DNA of 64,000 bases from Mobula hypostoma (taxonomy: Eukaryota), in assembly GCF_963921235.1 (NCBI RefSeq), contig NC_086097.1:67830001-67894000 (forward strand), written 5' to 3'. Made by a program: the position numbers and the translations under genes. The notes under the pieces were generated by a model. It was not told the origin of the DNA and did no database searches. It saw nothing but the letters and a program-made list of their open reading frames with translations. Of the stretch, positions 1 through 11,354 are shown piece after piece (position 1 is the first letter of the stretch; each line of letters begins with the position of its first letter).

Positions 1-21
1 AATAAACCTGATTCTGATTCT
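1..21 (+). mobile_element. 3' tail of a Rex1/Babar-type LINE (truncated by window edge)
   Basis: AATAAACCTGATTCTGATTCT, same tail as the Rex-type LINE ending at 53651-53678. Confidence 0.5.
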
Positions 22-2091
22 ACTCCAACTCCAAATAGACATTTAACAAAATGGCCAAGCCCAAACACCACCTTTCTCCTGATGATTCCTATTAAGTGTC
101 CAATAAATTACAGTAGCCAAGCACTTACAATTTTGAGGTGAAATCCTCTGAGAATTTGGAAAATGAGTGTGACTTAAGTGTTGTGGTCTTGACAAACATG
201 TTTTAATGTGCTTCACAGTCCATATTTATTCCTCCAACAGCATTGATCTGGCAAAGGAACCTTTTAAATATTGAGTATAAGTAACATTTGAAATCAACAT
301 CAAAGCTGTGTTTACACTGAAACAGCTAGTTGCTGCTGGGAGAGGACATTGGTTGAATTGCTAGCCACTGCAATACCATGCATTTTTTAATGAGTGCCAG
401 CAGGCATTTCAAGTGGCAATTAGCTGTTTAACAAGCCTCTGGACAGCTGCTCCTGCTGCTGCCGTCAACTTGTTCACTAATATAGCAACTTCTGCTTAAT
501 AGCAGCTAAACCATTTTGGTCAACTAATCAGTATTTAACAAAAATACATTTGCCTGTTTGAAAACAAATTTAGTATTTTGTTTGAAGGTGGCCAGTAGTA
601 GTTGCTTTTAACCAAATTAGTTTCAAGTAAAAATGCCAAACATTCAATGCCTTTCAAGTATCTATAATAGTTAAGCATTTCTAAAGTCATTTCCTAATTT
701 GTGACTTTTTATTACAGTGACCTAAGTTTGTATATTTTCCTACAGAAAAGAAATATTAGTCTGGTCTTTGGGAAGTCACACTGCAGTTACTGAAATCCTA
801 CAGGACTGAGAGTGCTTGTCAGTGTCAACGACCCTTTAAACTGAATTCAAACCTAATCACTAACAAAAAAGAAACAGAAATCATGCAAATCATATTAATT
901 TCAGCATATCCCTTGTGTGCTGGGCATAAACTACTGCCTAATTAAATATTTTTTAACGATGTGAGTAATTTTTGCCAAGGGGCGGATTCAGGGGAAAATT
1001 TAATATGAGATCACAAAAGCTGTTCCCAGCGTTGATTCTGTAAATTAATGACTATCTGCCTTATGATAAAAGCTCGCTGCCAAGAATGAAAATGAAGTCC
1101 GTAAGGCTTAGTCTATTTGCCTAATAACCAAGTGTACACAGAACAAAAGGCTAAGGCAGTTTGGAAATTTTCCATTATATTTTACACTGCTCTGTTGCCT
1201 GCATAATACATCAAATAGCAGGTGGTTTTAAATTAGAAATCATATATAATTTTATAGATTTATTGCCACTATATCTGTCCCTAAATTTCTAAATAATGCT
1301 CCTAATAATTTCACATTCCATCCCCACACCCTCTTCCTGAAGCCTGTGAAACAGATTGGTAACAGTTTTATGCACATAGAAAGCCCTACTACATCTCACT
1401 CATGTGTACAAGTGTGATGCATTTGTGTGTAAGTGATTGTGTACAACATTATGTGTATGACCAGACAGTTTAAGTTGGCAGGCTTTTCTACTGTCCAGAA
1501 AACTACAATTAAACTAGATTCCACATCCAAACTTTCCTACAGGGATCAGAGGTTGGCAATCCCACGTGGGAACACTGGAATGATTCTACTTTCCTGAACA
1601 CACTGAAAATAATACCAGATACTTGTCCTCATTCCCAGCTGGTCATATATCCATTCTGTCTTATAGTGATCTAATAATAGATATAATGAAATGAAATACT
1701 TAACTTAGTACTTTTTTTCTGTCAGTAAAGGAAGAAAATCAAAAATGACCACGGTTATAAATAATTACTGTAAATTGCAATTGAGTTACATTTAACAAGG
1801 GACCTTGCTAGATTTTTTTCTTCTGCTTTCAGGGCTGGCAGTGGCCAACATAAAGGGCTGGCTGATTAATGAGGAATGGCACCCAGCAATCAGGAGGGAG
1901 AGGGAACAAGTGATGAGACTGTTGGGGTTGGCAGGATACAAGGAAGAGGGATGACATTATGTAAGACAATATTTGGAAATGGGAATCAGGTGATCATATA
2001 AGACATAGTTGGTGGGGCTACTGCGGGGAGCCTACTGCCATGGAAAGTGGGAGCAGCTGTTAGTGTCTCTGCCTGAAAAAAATGAAAAAGA

Positions 2092-2287
2092 CAAATGCAG
2101 ATTCTGAAAATCTGAAATGTGAAAATGCTGAAAGAGTCAGCCATTCAGGCAGAATCCATGAAAATAGAAAGAGAACTAACATTTCAAGTTGAAATCCCTT
2201 TGTCAAGACCATTCTAATGAAGGTTCACTGAGCTGAAATATAAATTCTTATCATTCAGTGTTTCCTGCAGATTCTGTTTCATTTATT
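2092..2287. mobile_element. Old palindromic PLE-derived mini-element relic
   Basis: GCAGATTCTGAAAATCTGAAAT..AAATGCTG..TTTCAAGTTGAAATCCCTTTGTCAAGAC / TTCTAATGAAGGTTCACTGAGCTGAAA has the same layout as the 8141-8358 element, with decayed CTGANGA/GAAA boxes on both strands. Confidence 0.5.
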
Positions 2288-2386
2288 GTTAACTGAGGAT
2301 TTAAGTTTGAACCTGAAATCAGGCATTGTCTGTTGAGCATATTGCTGGATATTGTTAGTTTGCTACAGTAAAGAGCAAAGAGAGTT

Positions 2387-2425
2387 GGGGGGTGGGGGGT
2401 GGGGGGTGGGGGGTTGGGGGGGCGG
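2387..2425 (+). repeat. (GGGGGGT)n G-tract array, G-quadruplex-capable
   Basis: Five runs of 6-7 G separated by 1-2 T. Confidence 0.85.
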
Positions 2426-2439
2426 TAACATGGGCAAGC

Positions 2440-2555
2440 ATGCAGGAAAGGAATGGTTATAAGTCTATAGGGATATAGGGAAAAGGAATGGTGGGATTGC
2501 TCTGATGAAATCCGGCAAAGATGCAAAGGGCTGATAGGCCACTTTGTGTTATAAG
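2440..2555 (+). mobile_element. Decayed CR1 3' end fragment
   Basis: GGGATATAGGGAAAAGG..AAGGGCTGATAGGCCAC..TGTGTTATAA resembles the CR1 3' UTRs at 14670-14790 and 25150-25260. Confidence 0.4.
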
Positions 2556-4584
2556 AGAGAAACATTTTGGGGCTGGGGAAATTGTAATTGTGATAAACAT
2601 TTATGTAAGGAGTGAGCAAATGATTATGAATGGGCTAAGGTTGGTATCCAGCAGGAGTAGGAACAAGTGATCAGGACAATCCAAGTGAAAGGAAGGCCTT
2701 TGTGCACAAGAGGGAGCGAGTGATCAGGAGAGAGAAAAGGATTACTATTGTGTGATAGCAATGTGAGGCATGCGGTGGGACTGGATGACTTGGACCTGTA
2801 GGCAGTCACTTGAAGAAAGGAGCAAGAGTTTGGGAGAGGTGGCCTGTGCACGAAGATGGTGAAAATTGGGGTAAGGTGGGAAGAAGGTGGCAAAGAGAGT
2901 AATAAGTGGATAGGGCATAAGCCATTGCAGTCATAATTGGAATTGGATTGGTGGAGATACACTATGAGAGAAGCTGTTATCGTGTGGACTTCAAACTATA
3001 GTCGAAAGGAGAATGAAAGCTTTCTTGAGGGGTCAGAAATTGCACTCCTGCTCCTAGCCCAGAACATTAAGAGGCAATAGCATCAACACCTTTGCAATGG
3101 TTTAGAATCTCAATATTAAATATGATTATGTAAAATAGAAATGCCAATGGATTGTGGATGTATCCTTATTCTAAATATATTACTCCATGCAGCTCATCAT
3201 AGATAGCAGTGGCATATTTGTGGCAAAAACGTTTTCTTATAGAGCTTATTTTAAATATATCTCACATCTTTGGTGACTCAGATCTAAGTGTATAGTGCAA
3301 TTTGGGATGACCTTTGTAGACTACAATGGTGTTAAGATCAATCACCAATCTATACTGTGTCAAATGATCTCATCTACAGCATACAAGCCGGGCTGGCTGC
3401 AGCTGGTCACTACTATGAGTGCAGGAAAAGGCAGATCCGTCAATGCGGTCACGTGCCAACAATGTGAACATCAGAATGAGCACAGAACTGAGATCAGCTG
3501 CAATTCCCTCTGAACAGCTGATCATCAGTTCATAATCTAGGCCTGCTACCTGAACACCTTCTAGGAAAAGGATAGAAAATTAATCAGAAAAATTAATAAA
3601 AAAATGAACCAGCTCTTAAAGAGATTAAATTAAAACTGTTGCTGTTTTGTTAGATACAAAGACGGAAGCAATGGTCTTGCAACGGATTCCTTTGCGAAGA
3701 GCTGGTGTAGTACCTTTAATTGCCAGTAGATAGCTTCAGCACACTATGAAAATATTCAGCTATGGACACCTCATAGTGGAATCATCAGCTCAAAGCAAAG
3801 TCAATACATTTCCATGCAGATACATATAAAATAATTAGTAAGGGACCAAGGAACAAAAAGAAAAATCTTTGTTAAATGGAACAATGGTAAGTTGTATGGT
3901 GTGCAGATCGCAAATGTAATCTAGGGATTAGGGTGTATAAATCAATAACCCCATCTGCAAAATATTTAACTGCATTAAAAAGTGCAGGACTGTTTTAAAA
4001 CAAAGCTGAAAGATAAAGATTACCTTGGTACTGTGCAAGTCTTTAGCCAAACCCCAGCTGTGTACTGTGAATAATTCTGATCACCTGATCATAGGGAAAG
4101 TGAATGGAAACTGAGACATCTGTACAGATGGTGCTGAACAATGTTGCGACATTAAGAAAGCTGGATTGCTGCTCTTGGAAAAGGAAAAAGAGAATGATAA
4201 TGAAATTGATAAAGGAAATTATCAAAATTGAGCTTTGATGAATTATTTCTGAAGAAGACAGACCTCTGTAATGGGTGTGACATTTAAAACTAGTGGTTAG
4301 AATTTGAAACGAGATTGTATTTTGCTCAGAAGGAGGGACAATTAACCAGGCTAGGCTACAATGTGGCAGATTTTGATGGCACAACTCTGCTCTTCCCAGT
4401 AATAGGTGGTAGTCATGCCCATACTTGCCCATGGAGAACCTATCTAACTAATCTGAAGTACCCTGGATTCTAGCAAAGAATACTGAGTGATGACCAAACT
4501 TCAAAAGGTACACTGAAGGAGGATTGCCTTAATTCCCTTTCCTACACCCTCAGTTTTGACCATCCATACAGTTCTGCTTGCAAT

Positions 4585-4860
4585 TATTGGTATTAGTTTA
4601 TTATTGTCCACGTGACCAAGACACTGTGAAAAGCTTGTGTTACATACTTGTTCATATAGATGAAATCATTAGACAATGATTTGATCTGTTTGAAGAGTAT
4701 GCAGAATGAAGTGTAAAAGCTACTGAAAAAGTGCAGTGCAGGTAAACAATAAAGTACAAGAACTTTATGAGGTAGGTTGGAGATCAAGGGTCTATTTTAT
4801 TGCACAAAAGGTCAGGTCAGGAGGTCTGACAATCGTCTGATTAAGGGGTTTGAAACGATA
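4585..4860 (-). mobile_element. Decayed LINE 3' UTR fragment (Rex/Babar-like)
   Basis: Reverse strand ends ..GACAATAATAAACTAATACC, with TTTATTGTTTACCTGCACTGCAC upstream, typical of LINE 3' UTRs; no coding remnant seen. Confidence 0.4.
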
Positions 4861-5265
4861 TTTACAAATTATTAAAATGAAGTAAATAGTTTTATCAAAA
4901 ATTAGAAGTTATAATTTTTTTTTGCAGTCTCAGAGCAGAGGAACCTTTGCAAATAGGAGATTGTAGGGTGTTCAGTGCTGAGTTGTTCTGCTCACTAATT
5001 TTGGAATTTTTCATTGAACTACACATATGCATAATTTCTGAACATGCTTCTATTTAAATGGGTAAATACTACCAATTCCATTCAGAACCATTGGCGTTTA
5101 TCAGCAGAAACTGGACCAATGCAAAGGATTCCGTAAGACAAATGAGTGAGTTTCTGAAAAGCACTGAGAAACATGTGATTTTATGAAGTGCAAACATTTA
5201 TTGTTTCTTGAAAATATATATTCTTAAAAATCAGAACCTCAGCAGAGCCAGATGTAATTTATAAA

Positions 5266-5492
5266 CGACACACACAAAAAATGCTGGTGAATGCAGCAGA
5301 CCAGGCAGCATCTATAGGAAGAGATACAGTCACTGTTTCGGGCTGAGACTCTTTGTCAGGACTAACAAAGGGTCTCGGCCCGAAACGTCGACTGTACCTC
5401 TTCCTATAGATGCTGCCTGGCCTGCTGTGTTCACCAGCAGTTTTTGTGTGTATTGCTTGAATTTCCAGCATTTGCAGATTTCCTCGTGTTTG
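5266..5492. mobile_element. Palindromic PLE-derived mini-element (inverted pseudo-LTRs plus tail)
   Basis: Inverted arms about 5268-5356 and 5364-5455; tail TTGAATTTCCAGCATTTGCAGATTTCCTCGTGTTTG; 13-bp TSD TGTAA(T/C)TTATAAA at 5253-5265 and 5493-5505. Confidence 0.85.
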
Positions 5493-8140
5493 TGTAACTT
5501 ATAAATATTTTAATGAGCAAAATTTTGTTAAAATAAATAAAGGAAATGTTTTATTTGAGTGCCCAAGCAATTAGAATGATTTTTAAAACTGTGTTTAAGG
5601 AAAGCTTCTTTCTTGTTGATATATAATGACCTCACTTTGTCACTACATAATCAAAGTGTATATTAGTTCAGTAAATGTTTGTTTCCTTTTTAAGAAATTC
5701 TATTTTTTTTAACCTACTGTAATACGTATAGAATCGTAGCAGTTTGTTAGGGTCAATCTTGACATAACCAATCACATGCAACAGTAATCACATGACATGT
5801 CATCTTTAACCTACAGCTTTTTCATCCAATTTACATTTATAAAAAAGATTTTGCATAAATTATTCAAAACAATGAAATACATCTACAAAAAAATTCTACT
5901 GAGAGCTGCAAGAAGAAAACTAGAACAATTAACTCAGAAGGGCAAAAGTATAGAATTTCTCCCTGCAGCCTTTGTCTAGTTTATCAAGCTCACAAAGCCC
6001 CTTTAGATCATTTTAATCCACTGTGGCTAAGTAGTTGAATATGTGATTCAGATTGCCTCTGAAAATTCTGTGCTACCAATCAGCTCTCTGACACCACTCT
6101 TCTCTTCAACCTTCAAATATACTGACAGCAAAGACCAAAAGCCAACACACAAAGGAACAACAAAATGGCAAACTCAGTGTACTCTATATTTAACCCTTAG
6201 AAGAATGTTTTTCTCAACATTTCCTGAGAAACCCAGCTTTTACATCCAAAATATCAGCTCTGTTCTTCTTATTTTAAAATACCTTCAACTAGAAGCACCC
6301 CTCCATTTGGAAAAATACATGGTTATTTCAATTTCTTAACACAATGTCTCCTTCATTGATTCTACCTACAAACATAAAGCATTACATTTTACCACACAAA
6401 AAAATGCTTCATACAGGATAAAATAAAGAAAATAGATTATACAATCCAGATTTTTTGTGTTAAGTAAAATGAAGATTTAATGCTTTAACTTCTGAATAAA
6501 ACTGTACTGCTACTGGAATGCTTTGGGAATTCAATTAGGTGAATTAGAGAGACTGAGTGAAATACTGGGTTATAGTGCTGTATTTTCACCCCTAAGACCT
6601 GTATCTGAAAAGCAGCCTAGATTGATGCAACACAAATCTCCTCACTTTGACAGCTATTTAGGGTCCTAAGTGAAATGAGTTTGTGCTGTCTCAACTCAGT
6701 TCCTAGGAGGTGAATCTACAACCAAAAAGTGCCAATAAATCACAGTGACTACATGCTTAGCTGCTGTAAGTAATAGGAAGGCCACATTAGTTCAAATACA
6801 GGATCATCTTCTGCAACTTGTATGTTGATGGCAAATCAGAAGTGGTTTATTCTGCATTTACATATGTACTGCTACCTAATTGGTAATTAGTGATAAAACT
6901 GTATCTGAAATATTAAAGTATGTTCACTTTCCAAGCACAGAGTTCACTTTAACAAACCATCAATCCATCAAATTATAATAGTTATTTGACTGCAATAATT
7001 TGTGCTAATAAAGTAACAATTCACTTATTTTTGAAAACTGTTTTAAAATTCTTAAACCTTGATTGAATAGAATAGCCAGCTTTGCTGAAGCATCTCAACT
7101 GCTCTTTAACAACTCACTGATTTTCTAAATTACCAATTTACTTATCAAAGTTTCTATTTATATCCAGCAACTAATTAAAGTACTTGCTACCAACAGCTGA
7201 ATAACATTCAACATTTCTATCACTATTTGTAGAACTTATGATAATATTATCAGGGAAAAAAGACACAGCACTGCAATCGAATAAAATGAACATTAATCTG
7301 CTATCATTTGTTTTATCATAAGACAGCAACATTTGTTTCTTACCATTAGTTATACTATTACCCAAACTGAAGGAAAGATGACTAGTCAGTTCCTATAAAT
7401 CACTGATCTAAAACCACCGACATAAGACTGTTATTTGGAAACGGTTAAAGAATCCTTTATACTAAAGAAAATAAATCATAGACTGCAAAGCTATTTGAAG
7501 ATACGAGTAAGACACAGTTGTCTACAATGTTCTGTCTTCAACAAGCAGGAAATTAAACAAAGTCTTACTAGAATAAAGAGCCTAATATTTTTCTAAAAAT
7601 CTCTCTAAGAGCTGTTGTTAATAATATTTCCAAATTAAACTTCATTAATCTCTTATTGGATATTTTTATGTTTTTAAGCTTCATATTTATGATACAGAAT
7701 AGAACACACAGCCACTGTTGGCATGCTTATCTAATTGAACACGAGATTAATATTGCCCTGTTGGTGCACTATGTACTGTCACAGAAACACAATGCAGACC
7801 CAGGATGATGGCTTCCCAAACTGCACTCCCCAGTCTAAAACAAAACAGCTGGAGGTGTAACATAGTATTATGGGAAAATATCATCTACGGCTACAGGGCA
7901 GTGAAGTATCCTGTAGGTCACCATCCATGAAAAAAGGCTGAAAATAGGGCTCAATAGCAATTAAATGCAGAAGCTCGAAATGGATTCTACCAAGATCAGG
8001 ATTTCACCTAGTCAATTGGAGCTTAACTATTAACATTCTGTCTGTAAAGATCTAATACAGGCAGTAAACGTTGAAAGTAACTCTCATTTAAATTCAGAAC
8101 TTTTATCCATATTTTGACAAAAATATAATGAGAACAGTAA

Positions 8141-8358
8141 ACAACAGGAATTCTGTAGATGCTGGAAATTCAAGCAACACACACACAAAAGTTGCTGGTG
8201 AACGCAGCAGGCCAGGCAGCATCTCTAGGAAGAGGTGCAGTCGACGTTTCAGGCCGAGACGTCCTGACGAAGGGTCTCGGCCTGGAACGTCGACTGCACC
8301 TCTTCCTAGAGATGCTGCCTGGCCTGCTGCGTTCACCAGCAACTTTTGTGTGTGTTGT
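8141..8358. mobile_element. Palindromic PLE-derived mini-element (inverted pseudo-LTRs plus tail)
   Basis: Near-perfect inverted arms 8175-8260 and 8274-8357; perfect 13-bp TSD ATGAGAACAGTAA at 8128-8140 and 8359-8371; nearly identical to the 3' end of the PLE at 15235. Confidence 0.9.
8261..8295 (+). ncRNA. Minimal hammerhead ribozyme motif, GAAA box mutated to GGAA
   Basis: GTC-CTGACGA-AGG-GTCTCGG-CCT-GGAA-CG-TC-GACT. Confidence 0.6.
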
Positions 8359-8959
8359 ATGAGAACAGTAATGTACAGTTTTGTCAGATACCAAGCTGAA
8401 CATCCAAAGGTAGTTGATTGATAAGTACAAAAGTCACCTACCATCTCTTTTCTGATAATCAAGAGCAGGCTGGTAGGGAAGGGACGGAACTGGTTCGACT
8501 AGTTTCTTCCATTTAAAAAAAAACTGTGGCTAGGTGAGAAGCCCTCCACAAGTTTAAGGCTCAACAGCTAAAATATTGTTAGGCTACACAGTTCTGAGAG
8601 ATCTCAAGCATTTTTTGGTGTTGCATGTAGTGAATTAAGTTGTCTGGAGACTGGTTCCTGTGACAATAGAAACAATAAAAAAAGTCAGGATGCAATTGGA
8701 ACTTCTGGCTGAGAGAGATTGCAATTGCTCCTATACTAGGACTTTAATGAGTTATTCATGACTCATGAGTCTGGAATGCAAATTTCTCAGGGATTTGGCG
8801 AGATGGAGGCCAACAGAACTGCTCTTCCAATTTTATCACATACACCTAACTGGCGCAAAGATTTTTCGGGGCTGACCTGGCTCAGTGCCCTCTCATCAGA
8901 TTCAGTGCCTAAATTGACAGCAATTTATCTTACTTTAGTCTTAACATTGATTTTAATAT

Positions 8960-9245
8960 AAGTGGCTGATTAGATCATTCCAGAGTGATGCCAGAGTCAT
9001 GTAGTTGAAGTCTGAAGTCATGTAACAATAGACAGCCTCAGGATGGCACATGTCAATCTTTGAAGAGCTTAATATGCCAGATTAGTTATTACAACATTCC
9101 ACAGGCTACACATTCATTTTTATTCCAAATTTAAACAATTAGCTGTCACTTTATTACAGATTTATCAATTAATTTTCCAGCTACTGTTGGATTATTGATC
9201 CATGCCTCCGTGTTACAAATTTAGAAAGATAAGTACAATATTACA
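8960..9245 (-). mobile_element. Old SINE, reverse copy of the family at 16838-17172
   Basis: Decayed reverse-complement similarity to 16850-17110. Confidence 0.35.
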
Positions 9246-9926
9246 AAGTCTATGGTTTCAGAATACACTTCTTCTAACAATATAAAAATATCACTATTGC
9301 AGTGGTTGATTATGTTATTAGGGTTCATCTCATCATAGTAAGAAATTTATCAAAGTTAATGTTGAGAGATCTTGAGGGATAATCCATTTTGCAGACCACA
9401 ACCATTTCTGCAATGTTTATAGCCACTGCACTTATGATTAGCCTCACTAATTAATTGTCAGTTTTGCTGCCCAAATATACTGATTGATGTCAGACCCAGT
9501 GAAGGTCACAAGGAAGTTGTTAGCTTAATTTGAACATACTGACTTTGGAGATATACAATCCATCCCCAACTTAAATACAAGAAACCTTAGATAAACTTAG
9601 ATAATTCCAAACTTGGACATGGCCTGTATTTCAAAGTAATTTATTAACACTAGATGCCAAAAGATTAACATTATTGTATTGAACTGCTACAGAGTTCAAA
9701 GTGGATGGTGAGAGCCTTACTTACTTTTAATTTGTAGAACTGAGAAATAGGATTTTTGTCTTGGGTCAGAAAGTGTCGCTGAGAGTAGTAGGAAACTGGA
9801 AGATTGGGGAAAACTTTTAAAAAGCTTTAAAGAATCATTATAGCTAGCAACAAAGAAAGGGAAATAAATTACAAAATAAACAGGCACAAAATATAAACAA
9901 CAGGTTGTAGAAGTTTTTATAATTAC

Positions 9927-10350
9927 GAACTCAATGGCTGGTTTATTAGGTACACCTGTATATCTGCTCATTAATCCAAATATCTTATCAGCCAATTATG
10001 TGGCAACAAATCAGTGTATGCAGACATGGTCAAGAAGTTGTCTTTTTGTTCATACCAAACATCAGAATGGGAAAGAAATATGATTAAGTGACTTTGACCA
10101 TGGAATGATAGTTGGTGCCAGATGGGGTGGTTTGAGAATCTCAGGAACTGATGATCTCCTGAAGTTATCACACACAAGTCCCTGGAGTTCACAGAGAAAA
10201 ACAAAAAGAACATCCAGTGAGCTCAGTTCTCTGGGTGAAAATACCTTGTTAATGAGAGAGGTCAGAGGAGAATAGCCAGACTGGTTCAAGCTGACAGGAG
10301 AGGGATAATAACACAATTAATCATATGTTACAAAAGTGGTGTGCAAAAGA
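9927..10350 (+). mobile_element. Tc1/mariner DNA transposon 5' relic (TIR plus transposase N-terminus pseudogene)
   Basis: TIR-like ACTCAATGGCTGGTTTATTAGGTACACC; from 10066 MGKKYD*SDFDHGMIVGARWGGLRIS..LVNERGQRRIARLVQADR, the Tc1 HTH region. Confidence 0.8.
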
Positions 10351-11026
10351 ACTTAATCCTCTTCCTATTTTTCATGTTCTTATGATTAGAAGTTAAAATT
10401 TTCACTTGTGGTAATTCTGACATGTTGACAGTTAAAAATTAAATAGGATGCTCAAATTTAAACCTTGAGGTTCTGAGACATATTTGTTTCTAAATTAGAA
10501 GTAATCCAGAATCATGGCTTATTTATTTATAACAAGAATGAGGCAATTGTAAAACTCAAAAGTAATTTCAAGAGTACATAATTTTGATTTGAGGTTTATT
10601 TTCTTTTCAAACAGTAGTTTTGGAATAATTTATTTCCCACTCTGGAAGACCGAGCAGTCTCAATTTACTTATCTGTTTGTTCCTGCATGCTAAGGACTAG
10701 AGGACTACAGTGCTGTTTGTGCACCAATGATTAATTCATTTCCCAACCGAAAAACAGATAACCTTTACAAAAAATAAAGTGCAGGAAACAAAGCATGCTT
10801 TTGTAAGTAATAGAATACAAGTCAGGAAGACTCTGGAGTAGACTTCTGAGTTGCAAAGAAACAGGTCTCCATGTCTGTCAGGTATTTCAGAGATCAGACA
10901 AGGTAGAATTCACAACACAGCTGAAAGAACAGGTCTCCAAGATGCTGTATCAGTGAGAGATCAGGAAAAGGGAAAACGTTCTTCAAAAAAACAACTGATT
11001 ACATCATATTCACTTTAAGCTATCAT

Positions 11027-11126
11027 AAACATAAGCAAATCTGCAAATGCTGGGAATCCAGAGCAACACATACACACAATATGCTGGAGGAAATGTTAGA
11101 TGCTGCTGAGTTCTCCCAGCATTTTA
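11027..11126. mobile_element. Short PLE-derived inverted-repeat relic
   Basis: AATCTGCAAATGCTGGGAATCCAGAGCAACACA..ATGCTGGAGGAA / TGCTGAGTTCTCCCAGCATTTT matches the PLE tail and pLTR end. Confidence 0.6.
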
Positions 11127-11354
11127 GGTCACTAAGCAATTGCCTGCGTCAAAGCTTGTGCCAAACTCAACATCACACTAATGTTTTGCAACTGAATGGT
11201 TGCCAGGGATTTCATGGCCTTGAAGCTGTGACCATTCTGGAATGAAACCACATTCTGGGATGAAACACAAATGATCCTCAGTGCTGACCTGACAAACTTT
11301 CACAGTTCATGTGTGCTTTGCAGGTTAGAATGCACTGACGTATACAATGCAGTT

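Larger units (their letters stand above)
1860..3000 (-). mobile_element. Ancient, highly decayed L2-like LINE remnant (interrupted)
   Basis: Minus-strand translation 2624-2962 has FVHRPP and SPDH, resembling APE-endonuclease YRPP/SDH motifs; purine-rich plus strand; very degenerate. Confidence 0.3.

Noticed and set aside
4024..4432. 129-aa ORF or possible minus-strand exon with AAG|GTAATC donor
   Set aside because: No recognisable homology, and all frames from the best acceptor contain stops; cannot be supported without RNA data
8103..8462. Four overlapping ORFs on both strands with mirrored peptides
   Set aside because: Artefact of the palindromic PLE element; no protein-family motifs
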